Source: Zymomonas mobilis subsp. mobilis ATCC 10988 (GTDB taxonomy: Bacteria > Pseudomonadota > Alphaproteobacteria > Sphingomonadales > Sphingomonadaceae). Taken from it: a stretch of DNA of 32,000 nucleotides. Positions within the stretch are counted from its first letter, which is position 1. Each line of letters begins with the position of its first letter. The stretch lies in NCBI RefSeq assembly GCF_000175255.2, contig NC_017262.1, positions 660,001 to 692,000 on the forward strand, read 5' to 3'. The position numbers and the translations under genes were made by a program. The notes beneath the pieces were generated by a model. That model did not search any database and was not told the DNA's origin. It worked only from the letters and a program-made list of their open reading frames with translations. Of the stretch, positions 19,203-28,774 are shown piece by piece.

Positions 19203-20972
19203 TTGTCGACTTTGGTCGGAAAGAAAAATGCTGTGGGCGATCAAGAACCAGTTTTAAAACCTACGCCTACCAATGATGATCAGGTAGCACGCCGCCGCTG
19301 TGATTTTGATACGATGGGCGAAGCCTTGGATTACGCGGCGTTATCCAAAAAAGGCATGAATTTTCATGATGCGCGTGGGTCACTTATCAGACCCTATCCC
19401 TTCAGTGAATTGCGTGCCGATGCTCTAAAGATGGCTTCAAGGCTGATTGCACGGGGGATGAAACCCGGTGACAGATTGGCTTTAATTGCAGAAACCTGTC
19501 CAGAATTTGCGGCTTTGTTTTTTGGGGCGATTTATGCCGGTGTTTGGCCGGTGCCGCTTCCTTTACCGACATCTTTTGGCGGGAAAGAAGCCTATATCGA
19601 CCAATTGGCGATCCAGCTTAAAAGCAGTGATCCCAGCCTGATTGCCTATCCAAAGGAATTATCGGAATTTGCCGAAAAAGCCGCTGCCAAAAATGGCGTG
19701 AAGGCGATGGCATGGGATGATCTTCTACTCGAAGATGCCCCCGTTATTGAATTACCCAAGGCGAAGAAAGACGATATCGCCTATCTTCAATATTCCAGTG
19801 GTTCCACGCGTTTCCCGCATGGCGTTATTATTACCCATCAAGCGTTGCTCAGCAATTTGAACGCGCATGGCTTGGGCATGAATATGCGGAATAATGACCG
19901 CTGTATTTCATGGCTGCCTTGGTATCATGATATGGGTCTGGTCGGCTGTATGCTGTCGATCATAGCCAATCAGATTTCAACCGATTATCTAAAAACCAAT
20001 GACTTTGCCCGCCGACCGCTGGCATGGCTTGATTTAATCACGCGGAATGAAGGCTATTCGATCAGCTATTCTCCGACTTTTGGCTATGATATTTGCGCGC
20101 GCCGCATGTCCAGCCAAACGAAAGCCGCTGACCGCTTTGACCTGTCCCGTTGGCGGGTTGCGGGTAATGGCGCGGATATGATCCGGCCTGATGTTATGCA
20201 GAAATTTGTTGATGCCTTCTCCGAAGCAGGCTTCAACCCCAATGCCTTTATGCCTTCCTATGGTCTGGCCGAAGCAACCCTTGCGGTTTCCTTGATGCCA
20301 TTGAACGAAGGTATTCGGGTCGAAATGGTCAAGGAAAGCCTTCTTTCCGGTAGCCAAGCAGATGAAAACCAACCGGAAAGATATCGTTCGATTGTCAATT
20401 GCGGCAAACCCGTCAAAGACACGACGATTTCTATCCGTAATGCCGATGGCAAAGATTTACCGGAACGCGAAGTTGGCCAAGTCTGGGTCAAAGGCCCCGG
20501 CATCATGAGCGGCTATTTTCGTGACAAAGAATCAACCGATGCCTGCATGGTCGATGGTTGGCTTGATACGGGCGATATGGGCTATATGTCCGACGGCTAT
20601 ATTTATATTGTTGGCCGGGCCAAAGATATGATCCTCGTCAATGGTTGTAACTATTGGCCACAGGATATCGAATGGGCCGTTGAACAGCTCCCCGGTTTCA
20701 AAGGGGGCGATATCGCCGCTTTTGCGATCACGACCGAATCTGGCGAAGAAATGCCAGCGGTTTTGGTGCAATGCCGGATGTCCGATTCCGAAGAAAGAAA
20801 GAAACTGCACGCTGAGATCAATCAGAAAGTGCGGACGATGATCGGGATGCCCTGCATGGTGGCCTTGGTGCCACCGCGTTCATTGCCTCGTACCAGCTCC
20901 GGTAAATTAAGCCGTGTGAAAGCACGGAATATGTATCTGACCGGTGCAATCAAGGCCTATGATCTGGACTAA
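19203..20972 (+). CDS. Fatty-acyl-AMP ligase-like adenylate-forming enzyme
   Basis: IAYLQYSSGSTRFPHGVIITHQAL, WLPWYHDMGLVG, NGADMIRPDVMQKFVDAFSEAGFNPNAFMPSYGLAEATLAVS, GWLDTGDMGYMSDGYIYIVGRAKDMILVNGCNYWPQDIE. TTG start with GGGAGG 8 nt upstream. Confidence 0.88.
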   Translation: MSTLVGKKNAVGDQEPVLKPTPTNDDQVARRRCDFDTMGEALDYAALSKKGMNFHDARGSLIRPYPFSELRADALKMASRLIARGMKPGDRLALIAETCPEFAALFFGAIYAGVWPVPLPLPTSFGGKEAYIDQLAIQLKSSDPSLIAYPKELSEFAEKAAAKNGVKAMAWDDLLLEDAPVIELPKAKKDDIAYLQYSSGSTRFPHGVIITHQALLSNLNAHGLGMNMRNNDRCISWLPWYHDMGLVGCMLSIIANQISTDYLKTNDFARRPLAWLDLITRNEGYSISYSPTFGYDICARRMSSQTKAADRFDLSRWRVAGNGADMIRPDVMQKFVDAFSEAGFNPNAFMPSYGLAEATLAVSLMPLNEGIRVEMVKESLLSGSQADENQPERYRSIVNCGKPVKDTTISIRNADGKDLPEREVGQVWVKGPGIMSGYFRDKESTDACMVDGWLDTGDMGYMSDGYIYIVGRAKDMILVNGCNYWPQDIEWAVEQLPGFKGGDIAAFAITTESGEEMPAVLVQCRMSDSEERKKLHAEINQKVRTMIGMPCMVALVPPRSLPRTSSGKLSRVKARNMYLTGAIKAYDLD

Positions 20973-20985
20973 CCGTTTTTGAAAT

Positions 20986-21019
20986 ATATCCTTGCCGCTT
21001 TTTCTTCAGGCAAGGATAT
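20986..21019 (+). terminator. Hairpin 3' of the fatty-acyl-AMP ligase gene
   Basis: Perfect 11-bp stem ATATCCTTGCC ... GGCAAGGATAT, 12-nt loop, 14 nt past the stop codon; no strong T tract. Confidence 0.6.
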
Positions 21020-21070
21020 CTTCTCATAATTTGGCTTTCTCATCCTTTTCTTCTTCCTTACAAGGAAAGG

Positions 21071-23293
21071 ATGATGAAACGCCTTTTTTCTCTTCTCCCC
21101 AAAATAGATACTGTCCGAAATAACCGGAATTTCGGAAGAAAAAAGACCAAGGCTTGGCTAGCCTCTCTACTCCTTCCTATCAGCCTTGCAGTTTCATCAC
21201 CCTACCCGCTCTGGGCATCATCTGCTCTTTCCAAAACACCCGTTTCCTCTTCCCAAGAGACGCTCTTAGCCGCTTTAGAAAAATGGATGGCTTTACCTCG
21301 GGATAGCCAACTGACGGCCGCTCATCATCATAAAGAATGGGCTTTTGTTCGGTACCAAGCCGGACAACATCAGCTCCTCTTAACCCGTCCCGATCCCCAA
21401 GCCGACAGCTTGCCGCTAGATTGTATTCTGGCACATTATAAGGAAGATGACGGGCAAGCGCTCTATAACCTCACCTTCTCGCCGGATGACAGCCAACTGG
21501 CTTATGTTCGCGGCGGTGATCCTGAATTTCCAGATGCCCCACCACCGAACCCGACTTTCCAACCGCAAGCCCCCGAAGCCACAATTCATCTGATTGATCT
21601 GACTTCAGCCTCGGATAACATTATCGCCTCCGGCTATAATCCGGTCTTTTCGCCTGATGGCCAATCTCTCGTCTATATCTCGAAAAACAGCTTGTGGCTG
21701 TATAAACGGGACAGCCAAACACCTCCTCAAAAACTTTTTACGATTAAAGGGCATATTCGCGATCTTAGCTGGTCACCTAATGGTCAATCACTGGCTTTTG
21801 TCGATGATCGCATCGACCACGGCTTTATTGCCTTATATCGCATAACAAGCGGCCAATTAGAGTATTTACCCGCCGCTTTTGGTAATGACCTTTTTCCGGT
21901 TTTTTCGCCGGACAGCCAAAAACTCGCTTTTATTCGTGCCTATGAACCGCCTCAGTCCATATCTTCCCCTGACCGTGAAAAGGGTTGGTGGTCGCTGATT
22001 ATTGCAGATATAAACGATCTCACCCTTACTGAAAAATGGCATGCTCCCAAAGGCCAAGGCGAGGCCTATGCCGGAACCCGTCATCAAAATCTTTATTGGA
22101 CAGAGCAAAACCAGATTTTATTCCCTTGGGAGCAAGATGGCTGGCTCCATATCTACAGCCTCAATCCCGATAACGGGAAAGTCTCGCCTTTAATGCAGGG
22201 TGCTTTTGAGGTAGAACAATTCATCGTCGATAAGGCCAAAAACAGGCTCATCTATAGCGCTAATCGTGATAACCGCGATCATTACAGCCTTTGGGCGCGC
22301 TCTCTATCTTCAGAAAAAACGGAAAGATTGGGCAGTCAAGAGTCTCTCGCTTTTCAACCCGCGATAGCCAACGGAGCCTTGGCGGCTTTAATCAGCAATA
22401 ACTTCCAACTTCCCCATCCGGCGCTTGTGACCGAAAATAGCTTTCATAGCCTGACCTCGGAAAAGGCGTGGGATATCGCCCGCCAAAACTTTACACCCAT
22501 TGAAAGCGTTCATTTTCTGGCCTCTGATGGGAAAGAGAGTTACGGCCAATTTTTTGCAGCACGCCATAACCGCAATAAACCGCATCCGACCCTCCTCTTT
22601 CTGCATGGCGGGCCCCGACGGCAAATGCTGGACGGTTTCCCAGCGCAAAATTATTACCAGAATGCTTATATCTTTAATCAATTCCTCGCCAATAACGGCT
22701 ATAATGTCCTAAGTGTCAATTATCGCGGCGGCAGCGGCTATGGCCACGACTATCGCGAAGCCCCTGAAACTGGGCGGCAAGGTGCCAGTGAATATCGCGA
22801 CATTATGGGGGCAGTTCGCTACCTCCAAAACCGCCCTGATGTTGATAAGGCGCATATCGCGCTATGGGGTGGCAGTTGGGGCGGTTATCTGACCGCTTTG
22901 GCTCTGGCTCGAAACAGCGATATTTTTAAAGCCGGTGTCGATTTCCATGGGGTGCATAATATGCTGCGCCCCGCTCCGGCTAACCTCTCGCCCGATGCCC
23001 AAAGAGAATCTCAAAAGCTAATGTGGCAATCGTCACCCTTGGCTAATCTCGATCAATGGCGCGCGCCGGTTTTGGTCATTCACGGGGATGACGATCACAA
23101 TGTGCCCTTCACACAGTCAGAAGAACTGACCCATTTGTTACAAAATCGCGGGATTCCGCATGAAGAACTGGCCTTCCCGAATGAAAGGCATGGCTTCCTT
23201 CTTCATCGCCATTGGTTGACCGCATATAACAAAAGTTTTCTTTTTATATCCCGCTATCTATATGAAAATGCAGGAAAAAATGTTAATGAGTAA
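21071..23293 (+). CDS. Secreted S9 family (prolyl oligopeptidase-like) peptidase with beta-propeller domain
   Basis: Repeated NPVFSPDGQSLVY/FPVFSPDSQKLAF propeller motifs; catalytic domain LFLHGGPRRQML, WGGSWGGYLTALA, HGDDDHNVPFTQSEEL, FPNERHGF. Confidence 0.93.
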   Translation: MMKRLFSLLPKIDTVRNNRNFGRKKTKAWLASLLLPISLAVSSPYPLWASSALSKTPVSSSQETLLAALEKWMALPRDSQLTAAHHHKEWAFVRYQAGQHQLLLTRPDPQADSLPLDCILAHYKEDDGQALYNLTFSPDDSQLAYVRGGDPEFPDAPPPNPTFQPQAPEATIHLIDLTSASDNIIASGYNPVFSPDGQSLVYISKNSLWLYKRDSQTPPQKLFTIKGHIRDLSWSPNGQSLAFVDDRIDHGFIALYRITSGQLEYLPAAFGNDLFPVFSPDSQKLAFIRAYEPPQSISSPDREKGWWSLIIADINDLTLTEKWHAPKGQGEAYAGTRHQNLYWTEQNQILFPWEQDGWLHIYSLNPDNGKVSPLMQGAFEVEQFIVDKAKNRLIYSANRDNRDHYSLWARSLSSEKTERLGSQESLAFQPAIANGALAALISNNFQLPHPALVTENSFHSLTSEKAWDIARQNFTPIESVHFLASDGKESYGQFFAARHNRNKPHPTLLFLHGGPRRQMLDGFPAQNYYQNAYIFNQFLANNGYNVLSVNYRGGSGYGHDYREAPETGRQGASEYRDIMGAVRYLQNRPDVDKAHIALWGGSWGGYLTALALARNSDIFKAGVDFHGVHNMLRPAPANLSPDAQRESQKLMWQSSPLANLDQWRAPVLVIHGDDDHNVPFTQSEELTHLLQNRGIPHEELAFPNERHGFLLHRHWLTAYNKSFLFISRYLYENAGKNVNE

Positions 23294-23299
23294 CGGTCT

Positions 23300-23491
23300 T
23301 CAAGGTAAGTCGCCGTAAAGCGCATAACTATAGAAGAGGTCAGCCCGCATAATAATTTCAACAGAATCGCCGCCAAGATCAATAGAACGATCGAGCCAAT
23401 AGCTTCTATGCTCAACAAGTTGATTTTTTAAAGTGCGGTCGGCTTCAAGACGAAGGTTTTCTGCATAGTTAACTTCTTTTTTATTTTCCAT
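23300..23491 (-). CDS. Hypothetical small protein (63 aa)
   Basis: Only ORF in the gap between convergent/divergent neighbours; MENKKEVNYAENLRLEADRTLKNQLVEHRSYWLDRSIDLGGDSVEIIMRADLFYSYALYGDLP; no recognised homology. Confidence 0.4.
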   Translation of the reverse strand: MENKKEVNYAENLRLEADRTLKNQLVEHRSYWLDRSIDLGGDSVEIIMRADLFYSYALYGDLP

Positions 23492-23666
23492 GCCGCCCTA
23501 CTCATTAAAAAATTATTATCTCACTCAATATGAAATTTTAGAATAAATCTGGGAAAATTTCTTTTTGTTTGCGAGCATTGTCAGGAAGTATTTGTATTAA
23601 ATTTTAACACATAGAACAACCAATATTTTGCAAAGACTTGGTCTCAAATTTTCGCATTGTGCATTC

Positions 23667-24134
23667 ATGCCCTCCCCATGTAACAAACTGAAATTATTGC
23701 GAAAAGCGGCCAAGCCTCCGATCACGATCAGAGCCTTAGCTGAAGCCATAGACATGCCTGCTTCCAGCTATGCCTTTTATGAAGATATGAATCGTTTCAA
23801 GAAAAAATATCTGCCCTTGGAATTGACCCGAAAAATAGCCGCCGTTTTAATGAATCACCAAATCAACCCAGAAGACATTTTGGCACTTTCCGGCCTGACC
23901 AGTTATGAATTAAAAACCGAAATCTCGGCCATCCGGCAAATCATGCCCCCCATACAATTTGTAAAAATGAATATGGCGTTACCCAATGAAACGCTGCTGG
24001 CCGAAATGTTTGAAGACTTGCTGGCCGATCTTGACCTAAATGCCCCCAAAAAGGAAATCGCCTATAATCTGGCACAACATCTGCCAGAAGCCCTTTCCGA
24101 GACCGCCCGAAAAATCCCTGATAAAATCCACTAA
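23667..24134 (+). CDS. Putative XRE-like helix-turn-helix regulator
   Basis: KLKLLRKAAKPPITIRALAEAIDMPASSYAFYEDMNRFKKKYLPLELTRKIAAVL has the spacing of a Cro/CI HTH. ORF track begins at 23628; MPSPCNK start preferred. Confidence 0.65.
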   Translation: MPSPCNKLKLLRKAAKPPITIRALAEAIDMPASSYAFYEDMNRFKKKYLPLELTRKIAAVLMNHQINPEDILALSGLTSYELKTEISAIRQIMPPIQFVKMNMALPNETLLAEMFEDLLADLDLNAPKKEIAYNLAQHLPEALSETARKIPDKIH

Positions 24135-24200
24135 TCAGGATGAATTTCTTTTCAAAATCTATAAAGGGGGAATGACCAAGCATAAAAAGGGGCATCATCG

Positions 24201-24524
24201 ATGGCATGGCTGGTCATTACTATTGCAGGTTTATTTGAAGTTATCTGGGCATATTTCATGAAACAATCCCAAGGCTTCACCCGTATCATTCCAACTATCA
24301 TCATGTTTGTTACGATGTTTACCAGCTTCGGCTTGCTATCATGGTCAATGAAATTTCTGCCTTTGGGAAGCGCTTATGCCGTCTGGACAGGTATTGGCAT
24401 TATTGGCAGCTTTATCGTCGGCATTGTTTTTCTGAAAGAACCCGCAAATTTTATCCGTATTCTTGCTGTCTCACTTATCATCGCAGGGATCATTCTCATG
24501 AAACTTTCAAACAAGAATGTCTGA
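24201..24524 (+). CDS. Small multidrug resistance transporter, SugE/Gdx type
   Basis: MAWLVITIAGLFEVIWAYFMKQSQGFTRIIPT...SWSMKFLPLGSAYAVWTGIGIIGSFIVGIVFLKEPAN closely follows the SugE pattern (LEVVWA..., AYAVWTGIG). Confidence 0.92.
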   Translation: MAWLVITIAGLFEVIWAYFMKQSQGFTRIIPTIIMFVTMFTSFGLLSWSMKFLPLGSAYAVWTGIGIIGSFIVGIVFLKEPANFIRILAVSLIIAGIILMKLSNKNV

Positions 24525-24534
24525 ATAGAGACTC

Positions 24535-24563
24535 CCCTATTTTCTAAAATCGGGCATTTTTTT
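24535..24563 (+). terminator. Intrinsic terminator after SMR gene
   Basis: CCC(T)ATTTT-CT-AAAAT(C)GGG followed by CATTTTTTT. Confidence 0.7.
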
Positions 24564-24686
24564 GATTCCTGTCAGAAAATTTCGCCTTTCAATATAAAAA
24601 TCAGGGATGACTACAACTGAATATCTCGAAAGATATGGGCTTCAATATTGACGATATGATGATGAAACTATAGAGAAATCACCCAT

Positions 24687-24763
24687 GCCCCCGTAGCTCA
24701 GTAGGATAGAGCGACGGTTTCCTAAACCGCAGGCCAGAGGTTCGAATCCCCTCGGGGGCACCA
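24687..24763 (+). tRNA. tRNA-Arg(CCT), CCA encoded
   Basis: GCCCCCG TA GCTC AGTAGGATA GAGC G ACGGT TTCCTAA ACCGC AGGCC AGAGG TTCGAAT CCCCT CGGGGGC A CCA; perfect acceptor and D stems, anticodon CCT. Confidence 0.93.
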
Positions 24764-24989
24764 TCTTTTGATAAAAGCCTTTAATTTTCTCAAAAGTCTT
24801 TCCATTTAAAATTATTCTTTTTTGAACGCAGAATATCCCCCTTTTCTTTTCTTCAAAACCGACCATCCTTTTTTCTTTGTTGCCTATAAAGACAATATGT
24901 CGGATAATTCGATCTCTTCTCAAGAATAGCTTTGAAATAAATCACTTTCTTTACTGAAACAAAAACGAATAAAAACGGATAGTCTTGGC

Positions 24990-27900
24990 GTGATAAAGAA
25001 AAACGAGCGACCTTATTCCCATTATTCCCTCTTACGGCTCAAAAATCTTTATCAGGAAAACCCTAGAAATCCGCATATTCTATCGCTTATCCACGATGAA
25101 CTAGGCTATAGAAACAGCGATTTCGCACAGGATTTAATCCAAAAAATCGAATGGGCTATTCAAAAAATAGACCGAGACGCCACTCAAAAAGAAGCCAGCT
25201 TTTCTTTTTTTGAAGAAGAAAAACCCCTTTCTCAAAAAGGGAATAAGAAATTTAACCTACTGGATAAATTGCTGCATTTCTTGCCCAGTTTTAAGGCTAA
25301 AAAAGCCAATGAACCCGCGGCTATTCTCGCGACATGGACAGCCGAAGAAGCGCTTTCACCTCAGACCTACCGCAATCCCGAAGATTTAGCCTCAGGCGAT
25401 AAAAAAGCGGTCGCCTCACTAACAAGAGCACAGCTTCCATGGGAAAATCGCGAAAGCCTGCCCCCTAAAAAAAGGCTCTATTATCAGATTATTCTTGGCT
25501 CTATCCCCATGCAGGAAGCAACAGAAAAACTGATCCAGCTTTTTGGCAAGGATGAAGAAACACGACAAAGAATAAAGGAAAAATCGGCTATTGCCGCTAT
25601 TCTCGTCGATGATCGCGGTTTTCTTGTAGAAGATAACAATGTTGCCATTTCCAGCTTTGCATGGGCGTTACCGCAAGCCTTAAAGGGAAAACTCGATATT
25701 CTAGGGGCTTGGCCGGATATCGAACCCCAAGTCACCGAATATCTCACCACTATCCTCCAGAATAACGGCACAGACGGGAAAAAGCAGCCTCTCGACAGAG
25801 GTATTTTGGAAGAAGCCTTTCAATGGATAACGGAACAATTTGGCTTGCCTTCCGATCTTATCGAAGCACCCAGCTTTGCGCTTCGGATCTACCACCCGTT
25901 GTCATCAGACAAGCCCCCGCAAGCTACGCTTCTTAATTCCTTTTTCTTGGGGGATCTTGCGCTGGCACGCAGTCTTCTTCAGCAGGGAAAGGCCAATTCC
26001 AGCCTAATCTATTATCTCGGTGATAAAAAAGCCGAAAATATTTTCAATTTGCTTACCGATCATGATGCCGTTGAAAAAGCCGTTTCGCCTGCCCTAATGC
26101 CGATCGCCCGTTGGCCTTCCGCTGGCGGTCATGCTCTGGTGCTATTGCAACAAGCCGCCGTTAATCTAACCCGTGACCAATTACAGGAAAAAGACGGCAT
26201 CATCGCCGTTAATGGGCCCCCGGGGACAGGGAAAACAACCTTACTTCGGGATGTTATTGCGGCAGCGGTGGTCGATCGCGCCACGGCCATGGCCGAATTT
26301 GATGACCCAGAACACGCCTTCATCCCGACTGGTAAAAAAATAACGATGGGCGAAAAGGCGTTTTTCCATCTTTACCGCCTCGACCCGTCGATCAAAGGGC
26401 ATGAAATTATTGTTGCTTCCAGTAATAACAAGGCGGTCGAAAATATCAGCCAAGAATTACCGGCTATAGAGGCTATTGGCCGCTCAACAGAAGAATTAAA
26501 CTATTTCCGTAGCATCAGCGATCAACTCCTCAACCCGCAAAGCTATTTTGAAAAAAATAACAGCGCAGATGATAAAAAAACGGAAAATAACAAAAGCTGG
26601 GGGTTAATCGCGGCCGCTTTGGGCAATGCCAAAAATCGACATCAATTTTTGCAAAGTTTTTGGTGGGATCAAGAATATGGTTTCAGAAATTATCTGAAAG
26701 CGGCTCGGGGCGATAAAGTCGTTCTTCCTACCCGAAATCCAACAACAAAACAGGTCATCGGTGAGCATCAACCCGCTATTGTCGAAGCCGAAAATCCCCC
26801 TTCCCCCCAAGAGGCCAAGACCCGTTGGCAAAAATCCCGAATTCACTTCAAAAACCTCAAAAATGAAATTGAGACGGAATTAAAAGACCTCCATACGGTG
26901 CGACATATCGTTCAGGAGATAACAAAATTACGCAAGCCGCTCACCGAAAGTGAAACCGCTTTTTCGCATCTGCAACGCCTTACAACCCAAGCCAAAGATC
27001 ATCACCGCTATTGCTTTAAACAACAGGCAAAAGCCAAAGCTATCCATGAAGGCGCGCTGGAAAATATAGCTCGCCATCAAAGCGAACGACCTTGGATATT
27101 TGCCCGCTGGTTCAAAACCAAAGGCTGGGAAGCATGGCTCCAAGCCTATACACGATTGGAACTTCTCGCCTCTCGTGCCGAAATTGACGAAAAGCTTGCC
27201 GATCAATCTTATAGTGAAGCAGCCCAGTCATTAGAAAAGCTACAATCTGAATATGAAGCACAAAAAAAACAGCTTGAACATTTGCAGCGGAAGCTTGCCG
27301 ACTACAATAATCGGATAGCGCCTTATCGTGCGTCTCTTGGCGATAGAATTATTGACGATTCATTTTTCAAAAAAAGCCATGAAGAGATCAATCTTACTTC
27401 CCCATGGCTCCCCGACAGCTTGCATCGGAAAAGAGAAGATCTTTTTATTGCGGCTCTGAACCTTCACCATGCCTTTATCGATGCTTCTGCACAAAAATTT
27501 CTACATAACCTAAGCATCTTCATCAAAATCTTCTCCTCAGGTTCGCCTTCGAACGAAGATGAAAAACAATATCTCGGCGACCTATGGTCAAGCCTATTCA
27601 TGGTCGTTCCCGTCATTTCAACCACCTTTGCCTCAATAGGCCGTATGCTGGGTAACCTTCCGCCTAATAGTATTGGCTGGCTTCTGATTGATGAAGCAGG
27701 ACAAGCCGTGCCACAAGCCGCCGCAGGGGCAATTCTGTGGGCAAAGCGTTCAGTCGTCGTCGGCGACCCTTTGCAAATCCCCCCCGTCGTTTCTTTGCCG
27801 GAGCAACTGACCTCCAAGATTTGCCAATTTTTCAAAGTTGATAAATCAATCTGGTCAGCGCCAGATGCTTCAGCGCAAAGTTTGGCCGATCAAGCCTCCA

Positions 27901-28565
27901 ATTTCCAAGCTGTCTTCAATTCGGATCAGGATGGTCGCCGCGTTGGCATCCCTTTATTGGTGCATCGACGCTGCCAGAATCCGATGTTCGAGATTTCAAA
28001 CCGAATTGCTTATGACAACCAGATGGTTCATGCTGCTGGCAATCCCTCCATTGGTGCTATCGGCAAGGTAATTGGCCGATCCCGTTGGCTGGATGTAAAA
28101 GGTGAAGCAGATACCAAATGGTGCGAAGCCGAAGGCCAAGTTGTTATCGATTTTCTAGAAAAGCTGGCAGCAGCAAGCATAACCTCCCCCGATTTATTTA
28201 TCATTACCCCCTTTCGCATTGTCTCAAGCGAATTAAAGCTGCGCCTTAGCCAAAAATCGAGCCTACTTGAAAGACTCCAAATCAAAAATAGTGAATGGAT
28301 TAGAAGCCATATTGGCACAGTTCATACATTTCAGGGGAAAGAAGCGGATTCTGTTATTTTGCTACTAGGGGCTCCTGCGAATAATCAAAACGGTGCGCGC
28401 CGCTGGGCAGCCGAAACGCCAAATATTTTTAATGTTGCAGTATCACGAGCCAAGCAGAATATTTACGTCATTGGCTCTTATGATGCATGGGCAAAAGTTG
28501 GTTATACACAAGATATTGCACATAGCCTGCCCTGTAATCGTAGCAATAACAGCCCTGCGGCATAA
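24990..28565 (+). CDS. Large (about 1190 aa) Upf1-like SF1 helicase/AAA domain protein
   Basis: Walker A NGPPGTGKTTLLRD (26214-26240), VASSNNKAVENI, Walker B LLIDEAGQAVPQ, VVVGDPLQIPPV, IPLLVHRRCQNPMFEISN, GTVHTFQGKEADSVILLLG, NVAVSRAKQNIYVIG. GTG start; exact start uncertain. Confidence 0.92.
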   Translation: MIKKNERPYSHYSLLRLKNLYQENPRNPHILSLIHDELGYRNSDFAQDLIQKIEWAIQKIDRDATQKEASFSFFEEEKPLSQKGNKKFNLLDKLLHFLPSFKAKKANEPAAILATWTAEEALSPQTYRNPEDLASGDKKAVASLTRAQLPWENRESLPPKKRLYYQIILGSIPMQEATEKLIQLFGKDEETRQRIKEKSAIAAILVDDRGFLVEDNNVAISSFAWALPQALKGKLDILGAWPDIEPQVTEYLTTILQNNGTDGKKQPLDRGILEEAFQWITEQFGLPSDLIEAPSFALRIYHPLSSDKPPQATLLNSFFLGDLALARSLLQQGKANSSLIYYLGDKKAENIFNLLTDHDAVEKAVSPALMPIARWPSAGGHALVLLQQAAVNLTRDQLQEKDGIIAVNGPPGTGKTTLLRDVIAAAVVDRATAMAEFDDPEHAFIPTGKKITMGEKAFFHLYRLDPSIKGHEIIVASSNNKAVENISQELPAIEAIGRSTEELNYFRSISDQLLNPQSYFEKNNSADDKKTENNKSWGLIAAALGNAKNRHQFLQSFWWDQEYGFRNYLKAARGDKVVLPTRNPTTKQVIGEHQPAIVEAENPPSPQEAKTRWQKSRIHFKNLKNEIETELKDLHTVRHIVQEITKLRKPLTESETAFSHLQRLTTQAKDHHRYCFKQQAKAKAIHEGALENIARHQSERPWIFARWFKTKGWEAWLQAYTRLELLASRAEIDEKLADQSYSEAAQSLEKLQSEYEAQKKQLEHLQRKLADYNNRIAPYRASLGDRIIDDSFFKKSHEEINLTSPWLPDSLHRKREDLFIAALNLHHAFIDASAQKFLHNLSIFIKIFSSGSPSNEDEKQYLGDLWSSLFMVVPVISTTFASIGRMLGNLPPNSIGWLLIDEAGQAVPQAAAGAILWAKRSVVVGDPLQIPPVVSLPEQLTSKICQFFKVDKSIWSAPDASAQSLADQASNFQAVFNSDQDGRRVGIPLLVHRRCQNPMFEISNRIAYDNQMVHAAGNPSIGAIGKVIGRSRWLDVKGEADTKWCEAEGQVVIDFLEKLAAASITSPDLFIITPFRIVSSELKLRLSQKSSLLERLQIKNSEWIRSHIGTVHTFQGKEADSVILLLGAPANNQNGARRWAAETPNIFNVAVSRAKQNIYVIGSYDAWAKVGYTQDIAHSLPCNRSNNSPAA

Positions 28566-28716
28566 GCGGCATAAACTGTCGTTATTCTTCATGCCTTCAG
28601 ATTAACGCATGCCGAGACATCGCTAAGTTAGCTGGCTGATTCCTAAGAACCTGATTTCGCCTCATCTTAGGTGATACTCAAAATATCTGGCTGTTTAGAT
28701 ATTGTGTTTAAGACAT

Positions 28717-28748
28717 AAAAAAACAGCCATTACTAAAAAGTAAGGCTG
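28717..28748 (-). terminator. Intrinsic terminator downstream of tRNA-Val
   Basis: Minus strand CAGCC-TTAC-TTTTTA-GTAA-(T)-GGCTG followed by TTTTTTT. Confidence 0.85.
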
Positions 28749-28774
28749 CTTGCTTCACTCCAAGAAGGAGAAGA

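Noticed and set aside
24135-24200. Possible guanidine riboswitch upstream of the SugE/Gdx-like gene
   Set aside because: Only 66 nt available and no ACGR-loop hairpin pair (guanidine-II) or ykkC-like core seen.
24642-24923. 93-aa minus-strand ORF containing VPPRGFEPLACGLGNRRSILLSYGG
   Set aside because: This peptide is the classic antisense translation of a tRNA gene (tRNA-Arg at 24687-24763), a known annotation artefact.
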